The notes below the pieces were generated by a model that worked only from the letters and a program-made list of their open reading frames with translations, did no database searches and was not told the DNA's origin. From positions 80,724,001 to 80,788,000 of the forward strand of contig OX597822.1 in assembly GCA_951406725.2 (NCBI GenBank): a DNA stretch of 64,000 bases. Reading direction: 5' to 3'. A program made the translations under genes and the position numbers. Origin of the DNA: Octopus vulgaris. Taxonomy: Eukaryota. Below are positions 57,509-64,000 of this stretch, piece by piece; position 1 is the first letter of the stretch, and each line of letters begins with the position of its first letter.

Positions 57509-59493
57509 TGAACATGTATAAGTATATGCTGTCTCTATATATACGGTATATATTCCTATGAGGCAAGTTCATTTGACCCGGCATCAGAAATCGAAAGTGA
57601 CTGGAATATATATGCGTGTTGTGTTGTGTGTATGTATGTGTGTGTGTATGTGTGTGTGTATGTGTGTGTGTGCGTGCGTATATGTAGTCGGGAATTGTGC
57701 ATAACGAAATAATTGACGGTGTCACGAGATATTAATATGATTTGGTATTACTAGGTTGTAAAAGTGAACTATTTATTCGCCTGGAGTGAGGAAACCAGAA
57801 TTATCTGGTTGTCAAAGTGCGTTAAGCCCATATCTGTTGATGCTTTGTGGTTCCCTCTGCTTCAAGTGTATTACTATCTCTTTTGGAACTTCTCAGTATT
57901 AGGAAGCACCTATGGACGTTTCACCGCTGTTGTGCATCAGTATGATTCAACGGAGATATGCAGAGTGAGATAGACAGCGAGAGAGAGAAAAACTACAGAT
58001 AAACACACAGACGACAAGACAGGCTGGTAGACACGTAGAAAAGGAGCGTCTAATGTTATTGATCAAAAACGCTGATAATGGGATACAAACGTATGTAACG
58101 TCATGTCGCTAATATATATTATTCTTTCAGATTCTACAGAATCCAGAAAGTTGGCTATTTCTTCCTGATGGTTCGATCACCTGGAAGGAGAAATCAAAGC
58201 ACACACCTTTGAAGTTAAAGATGAGAGGAGACCGACTTTGAAAAAAAAAAAGAAATATATATTTAGTTATGAACTCAAACAATAGCTAATGCGAGAGGGA
58301 AACGTTTGTCAAATTTATTCATCTCACGTTTGTTAAAACACTTAAAATGAACAATTGATATTTTGGACACTTCGTAAGGAAAAGTAACGGAATGAGAAAA
58401 TGTGAATTTTAAAAACAAAATCAGAAAACGTGGTTAGGAAATCTCTATGTTTGAAAAGTTACCTTCTTCTGAAATTTGTTGCGAGGCACCAGTCTTAGAA
58501 ATAATTAGAAATAATTTGAACAAGCCAGTTATTCGTTACAACTAAAATGCTTTTGATCTTCGGTGTTTTCAATGAGCAGTTAAACAGTATTAGCAATTTA
58601 TACCTGCAATCTTGTTAGGAAACGTCATAAAATGCCAGGTTCAGCTAGCGTTAATGTTTCTGAATCTCAACAAATATATTGGATTAAAATAAAACTTATC
58701 TTCACCATTCGCAGTCACACATATACGTACAGACGTACATATATGTCTACATGCCTGAGTGTATGTGCGTTGTGCCAAGTGTTCTTCCGGAAGACATAAC
58801 ACAGAACATAAATCTTACTTCAGATTAAGGCAATGCTTTAAATCCACTCCTCAAAATTGCGTTCAAAAGGTATAAGGTACATCTATAAATTACTAATGTA
58901 TTATTAATGATAATCACTCGGCTAAATAACCAATAAAACAGTAAGTTACTGTATTCACTCGATGCAGCTGGCAACCCCCTCGACTACATATATACATACA
59001 TTTCAGTGATTATAATAATCCGGTGAACCGAACGAATTAATTTCAGGCATTGGTGTGAATCTTTTCGTTTTTTTAGATTCATGACTTAGTGGCCTCCGCT
59101 CATTTTCTTAATAAATATAAATAACTCAGCTCTTAGTAATCAATCCCTTTATCTACATTGTCAAATATTTACTCGGTTTTCATTCTGAATTTTGAAAAAA
59201 AAAAAAGCAACAACTTTAGATAATAATTCTTTCTAAACGCTACAATTTTGAGACAGAGTCTAATCGATCGCGTCAAGTGCAGTACTAATGGTCTGATGAA
59301 ACTATAAGGTGATACTAGGGCGCTAAATATAAGAAGAAAGAGCCCTATGCTAATAAAGTTCGAAATATAATTATTTATTCCTTAGTCAGTTCAATTATTT
59401 ATCTATCTATCTATCTATCTGTCTGTCTATCTACCTATCTATCTCTCTATCTGTATTTCTCTCTCTCTCTCCGTCTATCTCTCTCTCTCTCCA

Positions 59494-59559
<66 letters not shown>

Positions 59560-59580
59560 CATATACATATATATATATTC

Positions 59581-59659
<79 letters not shown>

Positions 59660-59667
59660 TATATATT

Positions 59668-59950
59668 TATGCGTCCTTTTCAAGTCTAGCCAGGCTTATG
59701 GGCCCTGTTTCCCGGTTTCTGTGGCGTATGTATTTCCCCCGGCTGGACGGGACGCCAGTCCATCGCAGCGTAACTCAAGAATCAGGAAGAAAGAGTGAGA
59801 GAAAGTTGGGTCAAAAGAGTACAACAGGGGTCGCCACCACCCCTTGCCGGAGACTCATGGAGCATTAGTTGTTTTCGCTCAATAAACACATAATGCCCGG
59901 TCTGGGAATCGAAACCGCGATCCTCCGACCGCGAGTCCGCTGCCTCCACA
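59668..59950 (-). mobile_element. SINE family C (tail type 3, V-domain-like)
   Basis: Family-C head; tail reads ctgcgatggactggcgtcccgtccag..agaaaccggga. Confidence 0.75.
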
Positions 59951-60032
59951 CACACACACACACATACACACACACGCACGCACGCACACACACACACACA
60001 TACACATACACACACACATATATATATATATA

Positions 60033-60650
60033 TCATGTCATCCCATAAGTTTTGTCCGTATTTTGAATAAAGAAAACAAGTGATCAAATGTATGTAATTG
60101 AAATGTAATCATCAATGTATTTTCCCTGATTATCTATGTCTTCCTTCCATCTATTTACAAGCTTTTTAATCCCATCAATGTAAAACTATTTTCGTTTCAA
60201 AGCGAAGAGCTCTGAAATGACAGTTTCGACCTCCTCCTGTCTTGCGAAAGTTATGTCCCCCAAATGATTCTGTAAACTACGAAACAAATGGTAGTCTGAA
60301 GGAGCAAGGTCGAGAGAATAAGGTGGATAAGGAATTTTTTCCCAACCCAGCTCTTCGATCTTCTGTGATATGATCTTTGCAGTGTGGGGTCGCGCATTGT
60401 CCTGATGAAATATCACTCCTTTTCGATTCACTAAAGCGGGTCTTTTTTCTTCAAAGCTACATTCAAACGCTCTAATTGCTGACAGTAGACTTGAGGATTG
60501 ATTGTTGTATCAGGTGGTAACAATTCAAAGTGAATTACTCCTTTGCAATCCCACCAGATAGAGAGAAGAAACTTTTTCTCTTGAAGTTGCCTGCTCGGTT
60601 ATAGTTGAGCTTTTTTACTTTTACCAAGCCACTGATTACGACGTTTAACA
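60033..60650 (-). mobile_element. Mariner transposase C-terminal half with right terminus
   Basis: VIFHQDNARPHTA..LGWEKIPYPPYSLDLAPSDYHLFRSLQNHL; the second and third catalytic Asp residues fit a DD34D arrangement. Confidence 0.88.
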
Positions 60651-60651
60651 T

Positions 60652-61340
60652 GTCCTACTCTGAAGACGCTACCCTATGTTTGCACATACAACCCCAGAAA
60701 CAAAGAAGCGTTTTAACATCATTGTCCAAAATCTTCCCAAATTTCATAAGGGCCTCAAACTGAAGGAAATTCTAAGTATCCATAAAATCATTAAAAGCAG
60801 TAAACAATCAGAGAAATTAAAGAAGAACCACACAAATGCTAATGTATTCTCAAGAATATCACACGGAAGAATAACAAAAATGTGGTCGTCCAGACTGCGG
60901 AACATGTCCCAATCTATTAGAAGGATCAGAATTCCATTTTGGACAAGGGTAAAAATTCAAAATTAAATTCAACTTCACTTGCGCTTTTCAAAACTTCATG
61001 TAATCAGATGCTCAACAGATATCTTCCCCCACAATATCACCAGATATATGTCAGTAAACACATTGACAGATGTGCAGTTCAAACCAGAATTAAATATAAA
61101 ACCATATTAAAAAATTAAAGATTTACTCCATCTATTAAAGCCAGAACCAATGTAAACCATTATCAAAAATTACAGATTTACCATCCCATTACTGAAAAAT
61201 ACTTTGGTAACCAATTATCCCTCTAGCAAACAAAACCTCTAATTCAGAATTGCATCCAAAACTCAAAATTTGAAAAGCGATAGCAAAACGGTTATTATAT
61301 TGAAAAAAGAAAAAAAAACTTATTCTGTACAATATTGCTA
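60652..61340 (+). mobile_element. Penelope-like element remnant (RT-endonuclease linker, Cys knuckle, GIY-YIG region)
   Basis: LPYVCTYNPRNKEAFNIIVQNLP..KIIKSSKQ.., then after a frameshift KCGRPDCGTCPNLLEGSEF..KFNFTC. Typical of the PLE linker preceding GIY-YIG. Confidence 0.75.
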
Positions 61341-62029
61341 TTATGATTCTAATATATATTATTAGTCTTGTAAAACAAATCTGTGTTTTTTCATATTATT
61401 TCTTTCCGAGTATGTGTGTGTGTGTGTTTGTGTGTATGAGTGTATGTGTGTGTGTATGTGTGTGTGTGTGTGTGAGTGTGTGTGTGTGTGTGTGTATGTG
61501 TGTATGTGTGTGTATGCATTTATGCATATATTTATATTGATTCCCTACAATAAATATAAATATAAAATTTCATATTGCACTGAAAACCCTTATATTACAT
61601 TCTTTGAAATACTAATATAGTATCGCACTGTTGTTGTTGTTGTTTTTTTTGTTGTTGTTGTTAATTGAATATGAAATTGTTTAAGCACGATTCCCTCTCT
61701 GACGGAACAATGGCTGAACCAATAACAATAATTTCAAAGGAGCCTTTGTCATCATTAATACACTTGATAATCAAAATGTGTGACCGTGGTTAGAGCACGG
61801 ACGACTTTGAAAGCAATGCTGTGAAGTGGATATCAAGTAAATATCCTGTTCGCTTAGTAAATATCTACACATAAAATAGATGTACAAAGATAAGATATGG
61901 CGAACAACAAATATGAAAACGGTTTTTATAGCTAGAGAATAGTAAATATATATTAAGTTGTCAGATGAGTTCGTTTATTATCATTTATCTTAATCATTTC
62001 GATTAAGGTGATGAGCGACGGTATCAAGG

Positions 62030-62340
62030 GAGTATCCAATCTGCTGGGCTAACTTCCGAGTACATTGACGTGGCTCCTCGGGGATGACCTCTATCAATCC
62101 TTCTTCCTTGAACTGAGCAAGTCAGCCGAAACACGGAGCGTCTGTGCGGTAGAATTTCACTTCCTCGAAGCGTGAAAAGCTATTTCGGCGGCAGTTGTTT
62201 TTAGTAATGATGCCTTCTGTGTGCAAAGCATAAATGTGTCGATCGGCTTTGGCAGCTTTGGAACCATAACTGGGTGCGAAGAGAATCAGGTGTCGAAGAA
62301 GCTCATTTTTACCCACCTCTGTACACCATCATCGTATGTC
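62030..62340 (-). mobile_element. Mariner transposase N-terminal remnant
   Basis: NELLRHLILFA..GSKAAKADRHI..FSRFEE..TDAPCFG matches the Mos1-like HTH (..D.PRSGRP). Confidence 0.7.
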
Positions 62341-62754
62341 TGAAAAGATATAAGATTTATTGAAATTTCAAAAGCGATAAAACAAAAGTTGTTAAGGAAA
62401 AAAGGAGCCACAAAAAATTCTTTTATAACATCATAAAACATTATGTCATAAATGTTTTTATGCTGATTTATATAACTTTGGAATGAAAGGAACGAATATA
62501 ACTAACAATAATTTTTAGTTTCAAGTAACAATCGAATTACAATTTCCTTGAACTGTACGGTGAGAGAAAGAAGCGAAAAGGTGAATGAATCTAACATGTT
62601 ATCTCTTAGCTAACGAGCGATATCGCAAACATAATCAATTATATATACACAGCATTTATATTATCTGTCATTCAACTGATCGATAAAGTATGGAAGACAG
62701 TTTCCCCTCTAGCGAATTCACACATGGATCATTGTCGTTTCGGAGGTATAATTA

Positions 62755-62920
62755 TTTCTACTCTATCTACAAGGCCTTGTAAATTTAGGAGGGCGAAGGA
62801 GACTTGTCGATTACGTCGACCCCAGTGCCTAACTGGTACTTATTTCAGCGACCACAAAACGATGAGGGACAAAGTCGACCTCGGCGGAATTTGAATTCAG
62901 AACGCAGCGGATGATGAAAT
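62755..62920 (-). mobile_element. SINE family B fragment
   Basis: gtcgaccccagtgcctaactggtacttattt..caaagtcgacctcggcggaatttgaattcagaacg. Confidence 0.7.
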
Positions 62921-63965
62921 GGTTTCGGAGCTATAATGGAAGACGCTTACCGAAAGAGTCATGCATTGGGACTAAACATGAATCCAAGACTTTGCGAAAC
63001 AAAACTTCTTAACTAGACAGTCACATACATACATACATACATACATACATACATACATACATACATACATACATACATACATACATGCATACATACATGC
63101 ATGCATCCATGCATCCATTCATTCATCCATACACACATGCATACATGCATACATACAAACATCTGAACAGTCTATGTTGATTTATGTAATAATCCGATAT
63201 GAAACACGTCCTAAAATTTAATTATAGCTAAGTTTGATTCCTATACTTAATCAAATTTGCCCTAGGGCTATGCAATAAAGCAACTCATGTGATAACAAAC
63301 TGAAAAAAAAAATATATATATATACCAATTTTTAGCTATTAATTGGCACAGTTAATACGATCACATAAGTTAAATTAACAAAGCCACAAAAGAAAGACTT
63401 TTTCTTTCATAAAAACCACCTTAGCGTTTCACATTCTGTTCCTTTTTCATATTCGATTTTTTTGCATTGTATTTTTACCTTTTTTCTTATTTTTTTAGGA
63501 ATATTTAACAATATGAAATAAAGAACCTGAACCTGCATGAATAAATCCATATCTGTAATACTAAAAACATCGTTCTTATTTTATATACCTTAGTGTCTAT
63601 TTGCAATTTATCTGCCGCCATTAAAACGGTTCATAAAACATTCAGTAAGAGAAAATATATTAACATATCTCTGCTGAAAAGATTTAATCAACGTTGAAGC
63701 GCGGTAAATGACTTGAACAAATACTACACTCGTAAAACACGATCGTTAAATCACGCTTACTAATCCGACTCTAAAACAGCGGATAATATATTGCTATCAA
63801 GACAGAACTGTTTTGTCGCATTTAACTACAAAAGTAAATATACGACAAGAAAAAATTCTCATTTTCTTTAGAGACATTTTCCTCTCAACTTAATCCCTAA
63901 AAGAACAAAAAAAAATTGTTTCCCTAGATATGTAAACAGAAAGATAAATATTTTAACTATTTGTA

Positions 63966-64000
<35 letters not shown>

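Noticed and set aside
59293-59350. CTGATGA box as an HHR
   Set aside because: Helix II and helix I cannot be formed.

Overview
AT-rich (by eye), microsatellite-dense eukaryotic DNA, probably intronic or intergenic. The repeat content points to an Octopus-type cephalopod genome (inference). I found no credible host protein-coding gene; almost all ORFs in the track are translated microsatellites. Recognisable content: decayed LINEs (RTE, CR1/L2-like, Dong/R4-like, CRE-like, Penelope-like), Tc1/mariner and hAT remnants and MITEs, a Helitron 3' end, several tRNA-derived SINE families, and a young ~560-bp non-coding retroelement that sits in (AAT)n tracts. The strongest signal is a population of mostly (TA)n-embedded non-coding elements carrying minimal type I hammerhead ribozyme (HHR) motifs with palindromic helix III, about 10 intact or decayed copies. 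The best case is a near-identical 432-bp tandem dimer (51586-52430) with an intact HHR core in each unit, a retrozyme-like or Penelope pseudo-LTR layout able in principle to release a 432-nt monomer or circle. Several (TA)n-anchored fold-back palindromes with ~100-160-bp arms accompany them. Coordinates were read by eye and element ends are approximate.
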